A DNA stretch of 63,141 nt, filler included, from Conidiobolus incongruus B7586 (taxonomy: Eukaryota), in the NCBI GenBank assembly GCA_000697335.1. It is 5 parts of 5 records of this genome, joined end to end, with 100 filler letters (N's around TTAATTAATTAA, not from the genome) between each part and the next. Parts side by side here need not be neighbours in the genome. Positions count along the whole stretch, not along the records: positions 9,570 to 26,988 come from JNEM01000110.1; positions 27,089 to 38,201 come from JNEM01000111.1; 3 more parts are not named here. The stretch is one strand, 5' to 3'. Below the pieces are notes generated by a model that worked only from the letters and a program-made list of their open reading frames with translations, ran no database searches and had not been told where the DNA came from. Positions 23,363-36,000 of the stretch are shown here, one piece after another. Made by a program: the position numbers and the translations under genes. How positions within the stretch are numbered: position 1 is the stretch's first letter; each line of letters starts with the position of its first letter.

Positions 23363-25305
23363 ATGGAAGATTTAGTCAGAAATAAGAAGCTTTTTGTTTT
23401 TGTTGGAGGAAGCAAATATCCCAGAAAAACCAAGTCTTCTTCATCCTCAAAACAGCAACTATATAAAGTTCAAACAATAACTTTTGACCAAATATCAAAA
23501 GCAAAATCTCTCGAAAAGACAAAATCCAAACATAAAGAATATTCATCTGCTGTGGTGAGTAGTTTAAATTTTTTTGAGACCAATCAACTAAATAATAATA
23601 TTTTTAGATTGCAAGCCCATTGAAATTCACGGTTCATTATAGTGATCATGATGAAAAACTGAGGCAGTTTGTATACTCCCATTTTTCCACTCCTACCTTT
23701 ATGATACAGGAAGATCGAGTTACTCAGTTAATTGATTTTATTCATCCTTGGGATCGAACGATGATGAGCCGGCTCCTCGCTAATAGGCTTGAAATACCAT
23801 TAAAGTATCCATTTGGATCCCTTGTTTATCGTGGATCAGTACGAGATTTCACCACAATTGGTTATAATCATCCCAGTATGATAGATTCAAAAAAGATTCA
23901 TATTGAAGAAACTCTTCAACCTATTGAATCACATCTAGTCAAATTGTTCTTCAAATATTTTAATTTGGTTTGCGGGCTTGTTCATCCAGATTATTTCCAA
24001 TATAGACTTAAACACAACTGGAATAATATCGATTTTCAGTCCCTTCTTGCTATTATGCTATGCTGTGCTTGTCCTTACTTGGCGATTGAGCCATTTGAAA
24101 TTCCTGTGAATACCTCCCAATTAGCCGAATTTTATTTTGTAAAATCCCAAAATCTCCTAAACTTAATTAACCCAAATGATAGTTTACTTTTTCCTTGCAA
24201 AATCCAGATTTTATTACTTATAACCTATAACGACTATAATTGTTTATCCAAGAATTTCAATGAAGCTTACATGCTTGTGGAAGCATTAGGATGGACAGTT
24301 CATTTTATTCAACCTACAGATATCATTCTTCAAACTAAACCGAATGGTGAAGATATGGCTCAATTATATCAATGGGAGCAGCATCTTTTAATATGGTGCT
24401 TTCTTAATTTTCATGCTAGCTCAATACTACTTGGTGGATTTTCAATAGAATCTTTTCCATCTGAATCTCAACTTCCTAATATTATACCTGCTTTAGAGGC
24501 AGTGTATTATCAATCATCCAATTCCGGGTGGATTAATTCACTTGAAGGGCGACTTGCATATTATTTATACAAAGGGCATCCTATTTTCGAACGTACTCGG
24601 CTATATAATCATAAAGTGCTCGAAGAAACAGGTATAGCATCATATCCATCTCCAAATCAGATGGAGGAGCTTAATACGATCAAACTGCAATTAATGGATT
24701 GGAAAAATCAATACACCGAATTTTGTGAAAAATGGCATTTTAAACAAAATGAATTTGCTTTGATGACTCCTTTATATCTCTATTATCATCATACTATTCT
24801 CATAATGCTTATGCCACATATACCCGAGAATTCTGTTCAACTTCAAAAACATATATACCTCAAGATCTTCACAGAATTCTTACTAAGTGCTACGACTGTT
24901 TCCATACTTATGGCGTGTCAAGGGATTTGGATGGTGATTTTCTCCAGTGGTATCAAAAACTTTATTTTGTCAATTGCTTGGAGTGGTGTGAGATTATGTC
25001 TTGACCTCCTTGAAGATATTGATTCACAACAAATGACATCAAATCTATCAATTCTTAAAGATCTTTCATCAATTTTGAATACGAGTTTGATTACACAACT
25101 GACAAAGAATTTTAGTTTTACATTTCAAAAAATAATTAACAAAAACATTATTCAAAAGCGCTCTCTATTATTCTGGCTCAATATCAGATCAGACAAATCG
25201 CTTATTAATCTTAGTCTGGGCTATAAAACCAGGATGACTTGTGACATACCCCAGGCCCGACCTCCCAAACTCGACAATTTTTCAAAATTAAATTTACTTA
25301 GTTAA
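23363..25305 (+). CDS. Fungal_trans-like domain protein, paralog D (about 629 aa, 2 exons)
   Basis: Exon 23363-23554, 53-nt intron 23555-23607 (GTGAGT...ACTAA...TTTTTAG, phase 0), exon 23608-25305. This joins the two ORF-track pieces in frame. Co-linear with paralog A (identical HWNNIDFQSLLAI-type block). Confidence 0.78.
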
Positions 25306-25749
25306 ATTGGATTCAGGAGTTGGAGAACATTTTTTAATTATTTAGATGTATTAAAGATTCTTGTAATATCTTACTTTTATTAGAAATTTATAAATATATT
25401 CAAATATTACTCTAGCTGAATTAGTTATTATATTTTCCTTTAAGTCAAATTCAAGTACTAGATACAGTTCCATAACTAAATTTTTTTTCAATTTGTAAAA
25501 CCTCTTCAAATAAGTTTTATTTATACGAATTAATTTGAGTTTTATTATGAATATTTGAATGATTGTCTGATTAGTTATAAACTCCATATATATTCAAACT
25601 AAATCTTATATCGATATACATTACTAACTTGGATTAAACTGCCTCAAATTCAATTTTTTGAATTGTATTGTATCTTCTTCCAAAGTTCAAAACACAATTT
25701 ACCCCAATAACAGATAATACCAAAAATTTTAATCCATTACGATTTAGTT

Positions 25750-26700
25750 AACTAAAATACAAAATATATTTTTCATTATAAATATATTATTCTGTTAATA
25801 CATATATATATATATATAATTTAAATATCTAAATTTTCTAAAATATTCTCTAAATAGTATAAAATCTTTTTAATAGTAATTTAAGTTTAAATTCAAAATA
25901 TAATTTACAATATGGTTGATCAATACAATGACATTAATAATTGGAGATTAAACAATGACATTTTTTAATTCTGAATTATTCAAGTAAATGGATAGTAATT
26001 GAAATTAAATTTTATAGCAAACTAATAGGAAATTTTATAGTTTTATTATATATTTTTACTCAACTATAATGATTGTTTATTATGATGTTGTTAAGATTTT
26101 GATAATATTTGAATTAAAGAGCAATTATCAAAAGTTATTTATTTTATTATAAATAAATATAACTTAAGCACAAACTTTCTAAAGGCCTTTAACGTTTACA
26201 AGCATCTTGTAGAGATAGTACCTTATTTAAAACTATCATTTATTACTTAGCCTATTATTTAAAAATGAAAGGTAAATTTGCTAAAATTTCTGTCTAATTT
26301 ATATCATTATTTTGGTTACTGTTGTATTTTAAATTTAATCATTTATTTCATTTTGATAGTTAAACCAATATTATTTCTATTTTAAGTTGGCTTTGTCAGT
26401 TTATAATTGAAGGATACTCTTTGTTCATTTTGTTTTCTTTATTAGATTATATCCAAATCCCATATCATTTATTTAAACAACTATTTAAACCCAACTCATA
26501 AAAATAAAAAAATAATTTTTTTGGATATTCTGCTATAATATCTCAATAGTAAGTTTCAAACCTATAGTCCTAATATATTAAAAAGCAGGATTAATGAATA
26601 ATTTACTAAATCATATTTCAAGTATTTTCCTAATTATGATCTATATTTATAAAACTTAATATAAAAATATAATATAACTAAATAAATTAATAATTTTATT
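25750..26700 (+). mobile_element. Internally deleted, degenerate mariner (copy 4)
   Basis: + strand 26105 ATA-FELKSNYQK, KLKHKLSKGL*RLQASCRDSTLFKTIIYY (HTH, matches copy 1), QIPYHL (WVPHEL-like) and YFPNYDLY (YSPD-like, ~26620-26650). Ends approximate. Confidence 0.65.
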
Positions 26701-26988
26701 AAAATATTTTTTATTTTAATCACAAAGTTATATAAATATTTTGATATTATTTATATAACTATATTTAATATATTAGAATTTTAATTTAATGAAATTAATT
26801 AATATATAATTATTAATATTATATAAATTAATAAAAATATTTAGACAAATATTTAGATTGTATTTATTATTATAAAAATTATTTAATAAAATATTTTGAA
26901 ATTCAATGTCAATATAGATTTTAATAAATGATTCAAAAAAATAAACTATTATTATAAAATAAAAGTTTTTTATTAATAATTTTTTGAT

Positions 26989-27088
26989 NNNNNNNNNNNN
27001 NNNNNNNNNNNNNNNNNNNNNNNNNNNNNNNNTTAATTAATTAANNNNNNNNNNNNNNNNNNNNNNNNNNNNNNNNNNNNNNNNNNNN
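26989..27088. other. Scaffold gap with artificial spacer
   Basis: N44-TTAATTAATTAA-N44. Confidence 0.98.
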
Positions 27089-28571
27089 AATATTTTAATA
27101 TATAATATATAAAAATAAATATATAATATAAATTTAATAGTTTCTTTTAATATTAATAACTTTTTGCTATATTTTTAATAAATTTTTAATATTTTAATAA
27201 TAATTCTTTTTATTAAAAACTAAAATATAACATTCTATAAACCAATTAATTTTTCTATAGAAATTCTCTTTTTTATAAGCTAGTTTTTTAATTACTTAAA
27301 GTAATTATAATCTCATAAGTTATAATTTAAAGAGTATATTTGAGGTGGTAGTTTTTTTAGTTATTTTTAATTATAAATTTTTTTATAACTTTAAATTTAT
27401 GAATTTAATAATTAATATAAAATGATAAGTTTTTGTAAATTATAATAAAAACACTAATTAAAAATATTTTTATTTAAAAAACAATATAAAGTCTATTATT
27501 AATTAATTTTCCTTTAAACACTAAATAAAAAAAGTATATAATATTATAATTTATTATAATGTTTAACATTTACATATTAATTAAATATTTATTTAAAAGG
27601 ATTTATAAAAAGGGTTAAATTAATTTAATTTAATATTCTATTTTAAGTTTTAATAAAAGATTATATATAAAAATTTAAGATTTATCAATTATTATTATTT
27701 ATTATAAAAGTTTAAGCTGCTAATAATTTTTGAATAAGTTTTATTTAAGAGTAATTATTTTAGTTTTTTTTAAGCTTTAATTAAATTATATGATATTTAT
27801 TATATATTTTTATTTATTAACATGAGTATAAACTTTAATATATATAAAATACTTATAAAACTGATATTAAAATACTTAGATAACTTTTGAACTAAAATAA
27901 AAAAATGTTTTTTAAAATTTTTTCACTGTATTTATAATTAAAAAAATAACAATTTAGGTTAGTTTTTTAAATTTAAATAAGTTTTAAATAGTTTCTTTTT
28001 TAACTTTAAAGTAATTTACCTAATAATAATTGTTAATTTAAATTATACTTTATTATCAAAAGCTATTTGTAAATTTTTAATAATTTTAAAGGGTTTATAG
28101 CTAAGTTTTATTACTATTAAAATAAAAAACTTTTGATAATTATTATTTAGTTTAAATATGATTAAATTAAACAACTAAATCTAAAAAGTTAATTTTTACT
28201 CAAAAAAATTATTATATATATATATTGAAAATATATAATTTCTTATTAACTTTATATAAATTTATTTATTTCAAACTAATAATATATTTGAAAAATTAAA
28301 AATTAAAAAATTTCCCATTATTTTAAATTTAAAGTAATAAGAAAGAAAATTTCTACAAGAAAATTTAATTGGTTTATGAAACATTAAATTTTAGTTTTTA
28401 ATAAAAAGAATTAATTTTAGGTGTTGAAAGTTTATTAAAAGTATAACAAAAAGTTATTAATAATAAAAAAACTATTAAATTCATAATATATATTTATTTT
28501 TATATATCATATATCAAAATGTTTATTTATTTTAAATTGCATCAAATTCCCATTATTTAAAATACAAAGTA
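27089..28571 (-). mobile_element. Near full-length hypermutated mariner (DD34D), copy 2
   Basis: Co-linear with copy 1 over more than 1 kb. KLSYKPFKIIKNLQIAFDNK (HTH); LPPQIYSLNYNL*DYN with about 34 residues between the reconstructed catalytic Ds; NLLKI*QKVINIKRNY*. 27089-27272 is an inverted repeat of about 28340-28522. Ends in TA at 28570-28571. Confidence 0.88.
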
Positions 28572-29377
28572 ATAAAAGATATTTTTGATAAGTTCAATTG
28601 TGATAATAGAGTCAATACTATTGTGTTAGCTGCCAATAGTAGAGTTTTTAGTGCTGTATTAGATAGTAATTTGGCTAGATAGTATAATAATCTTTATTAA
28701 TTATATTCCAAGTTTCTGGTGGTGTTGATTTCTCATTTTTGAGCGGTGATCCAGCTAGAGCAGGTTATAAGTTGTACCATTTCATTTGGTTGGCTCAGGA
28801 CATTCTAAAGTCATAGAACGATGTAATAAACCAGTTATTGCAGCTGTTCATGGTATAAGTTACGGATTTGGTTTCGATATTATAATGATATATGATATTC
28901 GGTTCAGTAGTAGAGATATTAGATTTTCTGTAAAGGGGGCAGAAGTTGGTACTGCTGCAGATATTGGAATCCTTCAAAGACTCCCTAAAATCACTGGTAA
29001 TCAGAGTTTGGTATGTGAAATTTGCTATACTGCCAGAGACATTGAATGGGATGAAATTTTGAGGTTTGGATTGGTTAGTAAAGTTTTTGATGACTACAAA
29101 CAGCTGTTAGGTATTTATTAATTGTAATTGACAGTTTTGTATAATATTGTCTCATATATTAGCTAGTGCGATCAAATTTTCTAATCAGTTTTCGGAAAAA
29201 TCTCCAATTGCCATTACTACCACTAAACACAGTCTTATTTTCTCCTTAGATCATCCCATTAAAGATGGGTTGGAGCACATTGCTACACATAATATGGCAT
29301 CCTTAAATTCTGAAGATTTCATTACAGGAATTACTCCAGTCTTAACCAAATCTAAATCCAAGTTTTCACAATTATAG
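28572..29377 (+). pseudogene. ECH1: 5'-truncated delta3,5-delta2,4-dienoyl-CoA isomerase (ECH1, crotonase family) pseudogene
   Basis: DKFNCDNRVNTIVL, GDPARAG, IERCNKPVIAAVHG, AADIGILQRLPKITGNQSLV and C-terminal FSQL. Begins mid-exon right after the mariner end. Frameshift near 28805; conserved KEVD reads KGAE. Confidence 0.8.
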
Positions 29378-29792
29378 TTTATAAGTGTATTATAACCTTT
29401 ATTATATATTTATTCCACTAAATATCGATATTATGTAGTATACTGTCAATATCAATCTTATAATTTATTTTCAATGACCTATATTGAGAACAATTTAATA
29501 ATATATATACTAAACACTCAACTAGAATATTTGAAATAAATTTATTTTTTAATATATTTAATTTAAACTTACTTAAATACTTAGTTTTGTATTGAAAATA
29601 AATTTTATGAATGATTTTCTGAATTTTAAAATTATCTAAAATGTAAATTATAGAATACTATGTTGAAATAAACTGAAATCTTTTGAACTAATATGCATAA
29701 TCATATGGTAATTAAACTAAATGTCTATTATTTGAGTAAATAAAAGAACAAATTTCCTTTTTATCAGCCAATTTTATTCAAAATTTTTTAAA

Positions 29793-30848
29793 ATGGAAAC
29801 TAAATCAATTGAGTATGATTACAAAACAAGTTATATTGGGATCAATTATAAGCTCCTTTAAAGGAGCTGACCTATGCGGTACTATAGCAGTTGTTTTACT
29901 GGATCGTCCAAAGCAGTTGGATACTATTAATAGGCAGTAATAAGCATGTCAAGTGAGTAGTTATGCATGTATTGATATAATATTGATTGTTTAGGTTACT
30001 GAATGAATTGAAGGAATGCTTTACTAAATTCAATGCTGATAATCGAGTCAATACTGTTGCTTTTGCTGGAAATGGTAGAATATTCTATGCTATATTAGAT
30101 GATAAGCCTATAATTGAAGTGATTTTAATAGTATTATTCATCCTAAATAGTCAAAGATGGGGGTCTCAATCCTACCATATTGAATGGCGATGCAAGTTGA
30201 AAGGGCTTTAAATTATACCACTCTGTTAGGAAACTTCAAGAAAGAGTCAGTGTAATCGAAAAATGTAGCAAGCCTGTGGTGGTACCAATTCACGGCATCT
30301 GCTATGGGTTCGGTATCGATTTGATCACAATATGCGATATTAGATTATGCACTAAGGATGTGAAATTTTTGGTGAAGGAGGTCGAAGTTGGGATGGCTGC
30401 GGATATGCAAACATTGCAAAGACTCGCTAAAAAATTACTGGGAACCAAAGTCGGACTCGGGATATCTGTTTCAGTGCTCGCATTTTTGGAACTGATGAAA
30501 CTCTGCAATTTGGGTTGGTTAGTACAGTGTTTGAAAACCATAAACAATTGTTTGGTAATGACATCATTGATTTATTTAAATTCAATTGAATTAATGATTA
30601 ATTTTAGCTGGTGAAATAGAACACGCAATTAACTTTGTGAGAAATCACCGGTTGGAATGACAGCCACAAAGCATAATATGATCTTCTCATTAGATCATAC
30701 AGTTGACGAATGTTTTGAACATATAGCTACATGTAATATGCCATCTCTTAACACCGAAGATTTTATTACTGGTGTAACTTCTATTATATCTAAGACCAAA
30801 CCCAAATGTTTAAATTACAAATTGATTATTTGTATCATTATTCCATAA
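29793..30848 (+). pseudogene. ECH1: Second tandem ECH1-like pseudogene
   Basis: AVVLLDRPKQLDTINRQ**, KFNADNRVNTV, IEKCSKPVVVPIHGICYGFGIDLITICDIR...VKEVEVGMAADMQTLQRL, KSPVGMTATKHN. Stops and frameshifts in exon 1 and at the A-run near 30430. Confidence 0.8.
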
Positions 30849-31341
30849 AAATATTTTAATATGTCTGAAACTTTATTTGAGCCCTATAATACTTGATTAA
30901 CTGCTTAGTAATTATTATTTCATAACTTTATACGAATTAATAAATTGCGCATTTTAATTGATATCGATTACCGAAAGTTTTTGATAACTGGAAAATTTGA
31001 GTTTATCAATCTATATCATATCAATACTTTACAATGGATGTAAAAATCAAAATTGGTAAAGTTCCTCAATTAAGAAATATTAATTATTTTCAAACCATGG
31101 TAATAATATGTTAGTCATGATGTAAAATTTATATTAAATATGAAATAAATTATATATCATTATTTTAAACTATAATATATTTTTAAAAATACTTAAAATA
31201 AAAAATACAATAATTTCAATAATAATGATGACTGAAATAGCTTAAGTAATAGTAGTAAAAATATCGGGAATTTTGGTGTAAATATTTAAAGGGATAGAGA
31301 ATGATAATTGATGTTGATGTAAGAATGATTCATGCTATTTC

Positions 31342-33036
31342 CTAAGTTTGATTGGTGCCTATGAAATCCATTTGAAAGAGGGACGGTGGACAGGGTAAAA
31401 TATCCAAGTTAACCAATCGGTTCTTTAAATTCTCCATAACAATTTGGGCAGTGTCCCAATTGTGTTGGAAATAATCAAAATAACTGATTAACATGTCAAA
31501 TTTGGTTCTGACAATAGATTCAAACATGGCGAGCTGGGGGAGGACCTTCATCGCTACTTTGTATCGGAGACTACGAATGCACTTGAGAATATCTAGGTAA
31601 AACGCCCCCAAGTCGTGGTAAGTTTCGACGTGGAGGGCGTAACCTATATCAATTGGAGAATTTTTGTCAACTGAATCTAAACTCAATTCTAACATCACTT
31701 GGAATTGGTGGTATAAAAGTTCTAGCACATCATTGGAGAATGTTAAACACTTATCTAAAAATTGAACTAACTGAAGGGGCGGAATAAAATCAAAATATCT
31801 CAAAGTACATCTATAAACGTGAATCACAGCGCGATACATCCTCTCATGTAAGTCAACCCTCGGTTTGTACAGAGGATTTTTGACTCTTTCTGCAGGATTT
31901 AAACAAATGGGGTGATATTGTACGGATTCAGGTAATGTTTTATGCCAGTTCAAGAAATTTTCGACCGTTTGATTACATAATTTAATATGTTGATCTGGCA
32001 CGAACCCTTGTTTTATCATTGCCGTATATTTGAATGAAGCAATTGTAATTTCAACAAATCGAGTACAGGAGTGGAAAAAATCACTATATTCGTAGGGTAA
32101 TGTTGCCTCGCACTGACGAATGAGAAGCTGATTGGAGAATGAGTTGGGTGGCATGAGTTCAAAATTATCCAAGTTGGAGATCAAGCAAGGTCGGTTAGAT
32201 ATTCTACCGACTTGGTAATCTATAAAAGCTATATATCTCCATAATTTTGTAATGGTTCTCCTCTGGAGAGGAGTTGAATTCTGGTATATCATAGAGTTGT
32301 GATCCTCAATCTCGTTAAACTTTAAAACTTGCGCTATTTTAATAGCTGTTGTAATTCTGTCGACGCATCGGAAAAGTCTTCCCCGACTTTCGTCTATTCC
32401 AAATAAAATGAGTAAGGCTTGAACTACATGGATGGTGGGACGTGCCAAATAGGGCTCCATTTGATGTAAACTAAGTTGATAGTAGTGATCGCTATACTTG
32501 TTATTTTGGCAGTAAAGTGTTGGATGGGGAGAGGTCAAACACGAGTCTGCAATGACAGCACTCAATAAATAATTGGGAAGAGGCTCAGTGAAGCTATTTA
32601 AAGAAGTAAAAAATTCATCCAGCTCTAATACCCTTGGATACGAGCAATATTCTTCCATTGTAAAAAAGAATGAGATCATATGCTTTGGATAATCTTGGTA
32701 GGATAAAATTCTATTGTTGAAGGAGTGCGTCCTGAGTGCCTTTTTAGTATTGATCACCTCTAAATCCTCATCACTAGAAGAGTTAGTATTAGACTCTGAT
32801 TCACAAGATGATGAATTGTGCTTATCGATGAGCTGTTTGACTAAAGGAATATATGTTTCCAGCGTCTTTTCAACGCTGTCTAATTTAATATTCACTTTAG
32901 CTATTGCTGAGTGAGGCTTTTCCTTAACAATAGGAACTCGTTTTGTTTTTTTCTGAAAAGGGCAATAAAACTCAAAAGTTGGTTCAATTATAGGTTTTTT
33001 GGTTTCATTAGTAGAAGTCTCCGTAGGTTGACTCAT
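31342..33036 (-). CDS. Fungal-specific TF (Fungal_trans) domain protein without Zn cluster, distinct from A-D (about 564 aa)
   Basis: YLLSAVIADS...YYQLSLHQM...PTIHVVQALLIL...AIKIAQVL...RRTITKLWRYIAFIDYQVGRISNRPCLI. Likely start MSQPTETS at 33036; upstream ATG at 33087 is possible. Confidence 0.8.
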   Translation of the reverse strand: MSQPTETSTNETKKPIIEPTFEFYCPFQKKTKRVPIVKEKPHSAIAKVNIKLDSVEKTLETYIPLVKQLIDKHNSSSCESESNTNSSSDEDLEVINTKKALRTHSFNNRILSYQDYPKHMISFFFTMEEYCSYPRVLELDEFFTSLNSFTEPLPNYLLSAVIADSCLTSPHPTLYCQNNKYSDHYYQLSLHQMEPYLARPTIHVVQALLILFGIDESRGRLFRCVDRITTAIKIAQVLKFNEIEDHNSMIYQNSTPLQRRTITKLWRYIAFIDYQVGRISNRPCLISNLDNFELMPPNSFSNQLLIRQCEATLPYEYSDFFHSCTRFVEITIASFKYTAMIKQGFVPDQHIKLCNQTVENFLNWHKTLPESVQYHPICLNPAERVKNPLYKPRVDLHERMYRAVIHVYRCTLRYFDFIPPLQLVQFLDKCLTFSNDVLELLYHQFQVMLELSLDSVDKNSPIDIGYALHVETYHDLGAFYLDILKCIRSLRYKVAMKVLPQLAMFESIVRTKFDMLISYFDYFQHNWDTAQIVMENLKNRLVNLDILPCPPSLFQMDFIGTNQT

Positions 33037-36000
33037 ATTTATGATGAGAAATAAAAAATAAAAAAACGAACTTAATTTATTAAACATGTTGAGTATTTAT
33101 ACCAATCTGCAATTTATTAATATGGATATATCTATTTTTATTTTATACATTATGATTGGTTATTAAATATGATATTAAAAACTGTTAAAAAGGTGAGTGA
33201 ATGATGATTATTTTCTAATTGACTGGTTTTGGATAATTAATATTATCAAATGGAAAAAATTTTAAATTAAATTATTAGAATATGAATACAAAGTGGTATA
33301 TTGATGGCTTGGGAAATTATAAGTCAAATACATTAACAAATATCAAAAGATAAATAATTTGAAAATATTGTTTTTTTATTTTTAAGCAAATGGCTTTTGT
33401 AGATGAAATAAATTGAAGTTAAGCTCTATAGTTAAATTATCATCTTTCACCATAACCCATACCATGAAATAAATTAGTATTAATGAAAGAGAATTATCAT
33501 ATCGTCCAAATTAAAATCCGGGTATTCCAATGTCAGGAGAATTCGCCATTAGCCTGAAAAATGGATAATTTTCACCAAATTTAGATATTTTCAAATATCA
33601 ATATTGAAACTTTTGGAACAAATAGTATGCAAATTGACATTGAATTGAGCATTATACATATTTGTAAAATTTCTATACTAGTCTATAGTATTTGATGTTG
33701 AAAAATTTTAATGTATTCTTTAACAGCTATATATTGTGATTGGATCTTAACAAATATTCGAAATATTTAAGATATGATGGATTTTTACCGAATTTTCTTA
33801 CGTATTTATTCTTTATATTATGAAAAAAAGATTCTATTTATCAATATTTAACCAATTTAATCATTATTAAATATTATAAAACTTGTTATTAGCTGTTAAG
33901 AAATAATTTGAAATTACGTTAAAAAGTGTTAATTATAGTATATTTGCCACAATTCATCTGAAATTCATTTTACTCAAGTTTTAATCGAATAATTTAATTT
34001 AATATAGGCTAATACTCCAATATTTACTTTAAATAATTTAGGTACTAATATACTATAATGATATTATCCATTGATATGATATAATGGTCATTCGTTGATA
34101 AAAAAGGCGATATTGTTGACTTCATTATTCAATAGAGTTTATCTCATTATTAATACTGATTATGATTTTTTTCTGTAGTACAAGTTGAACAATTAAATTA
34201 GCAATCAAAATTTACAATCAATCTATATTCTGGAAAGGGATTAATCACAATTATATTCATAATACATTAGCAATTAACAAATACATTAAAAGTGTACAGC
34301 ATTTAAGAACAGTCGATTTATTCATACATACATCAACTAGTTCCAAACTGCCAAGCATTTTAAATTAACTTGAAAAATTGATTCAAACTAATATTTAGTT
34401 TTATAAATTCATTTAACTGTGTAATTAATTGTGATTCATAAGGAATAAATTTTCACTCAATTTGACCAAAATTTTATTTGAAATACGATATAATAAAGGT
34501 TGAAAACTTATTCTTGATCACTATCATATTTTAAACAAAGAGCTTGTTATTAAACATCGATATTATATTGTTAGAATTTAACTATCATTTCTATTTAGAA
34601 TATATATTTATCTTTTTAATCTTTAGGTATTTTTTTTATCTATTTAAGGAAATTAGATTCATGAATTCGGTTTCCTAAAAATTCAAATTTTTTGTTTTGC
34701 AATAATTACTTATTTAATCGGTGAATTATGCCAAATTTGGTATTAATATTTGAAATAATAATTATTTTATAATATTTCTCAAGGTAAAAAAATATTTGAT
34801 TCAATATAAATGGTTAAAAGATTTTCCATTTTATATTTTAAAATAAATTTGAAATACAATATTTTATAGAATTTGTTATAGAATATATTAATTTGAAATA
34901 TTTATACTATATAATTTTTAGAATTTTTTAGTTAATAATTAGTATCGTACTTAAATTTATGTCAATTATACAAAATTTTGAGACAAAAATAGACTCATAT
35001 TATGAATACTTTTAATTTTAATAAAATCGAGTTTTTGAGGTTTCATTTAATTTATGATTTAAAGTGTATCAAATATATATAACCTTCTCAATAAATAGTT
35101 ATTGTAGTGAAGTAATTAATAACGGTTACAAATTTCAAATATAGTTATTTGAATGTGTTTTAATAAATAATCCGCTTAACTATAATTTTAACCCATTTTT
35201 AAAATAATAGCATCTATTGTGACTAAAAAGATTGGTTAAACGTTTTTATTATCAATCATTTGTACATTATCAACTATTTTGTCTAATTTTTGACACATAA
35301 TTAGGTTTTATAAGGTTAAAAATATATTTTTGTATCATTAAACATATTAGTTGTTATGCATATAAGATATATATATTTATATCTCTTGAAATTATAATAT
35401 ATATAAGTACACAGAGCAACTCTTCAATATTAGTGTTGATTTTAAAAATTTAGTTTTATTTTGTGCGTTTGAATAATATATATTGAAATATATTCATTGA
35501 TGTAGGATATATATATTTTCAATAATTAACTGAATAAACTATTTTCAAAGCCTATACCTATATTAATATCAAGCTTAAATGTTACTTTCATACTTATATA
35601 ATTTTGATGATAAATTACTTCCCAATATCTTGAAATTATTGTTTGATCCTAAAGCATTTATTATTGACATTATAATCTGGTATAATAATTATTAATATTA
35701 TTTGTCTATTCTTTAAAATAAAATATTTCTACTATACATATATTCAATTTGCTAGCATTAGATTAATCATATTTATCCAAATTCATCATCAAAGTACACA
35801 CAATATAATAAGAATTTATCCAAATATCTACGCATTTTCTTAAATTATAAAATATTTTATTTTAAATGCAGTTTAATCAGATTAATATTGTTGAATAAAG
35901 TCAGTGTCGTAGTGACATCCAAAGTATGTGATTTCATCAGCTTTTATTAGTTGAAGGGTAGATATTGTAAAAAATTAAAATATAATATCAATTATGAAAA

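Noticed and set aside
23363..23623. Overlapping ORFs 23363-23623 and 23620-25305 as a programmed frameshift or coupled gene pair
   Set aside because: A canonical 53-nt GT-AG intron joins them in frame.
25351..25587. Short AT-rich ORFs (25351, 18324, 40879, 55688, 61773)
   Set aside because: I/K/N/F-rich chance ORFs or pseudogene fragments, not independent genes.
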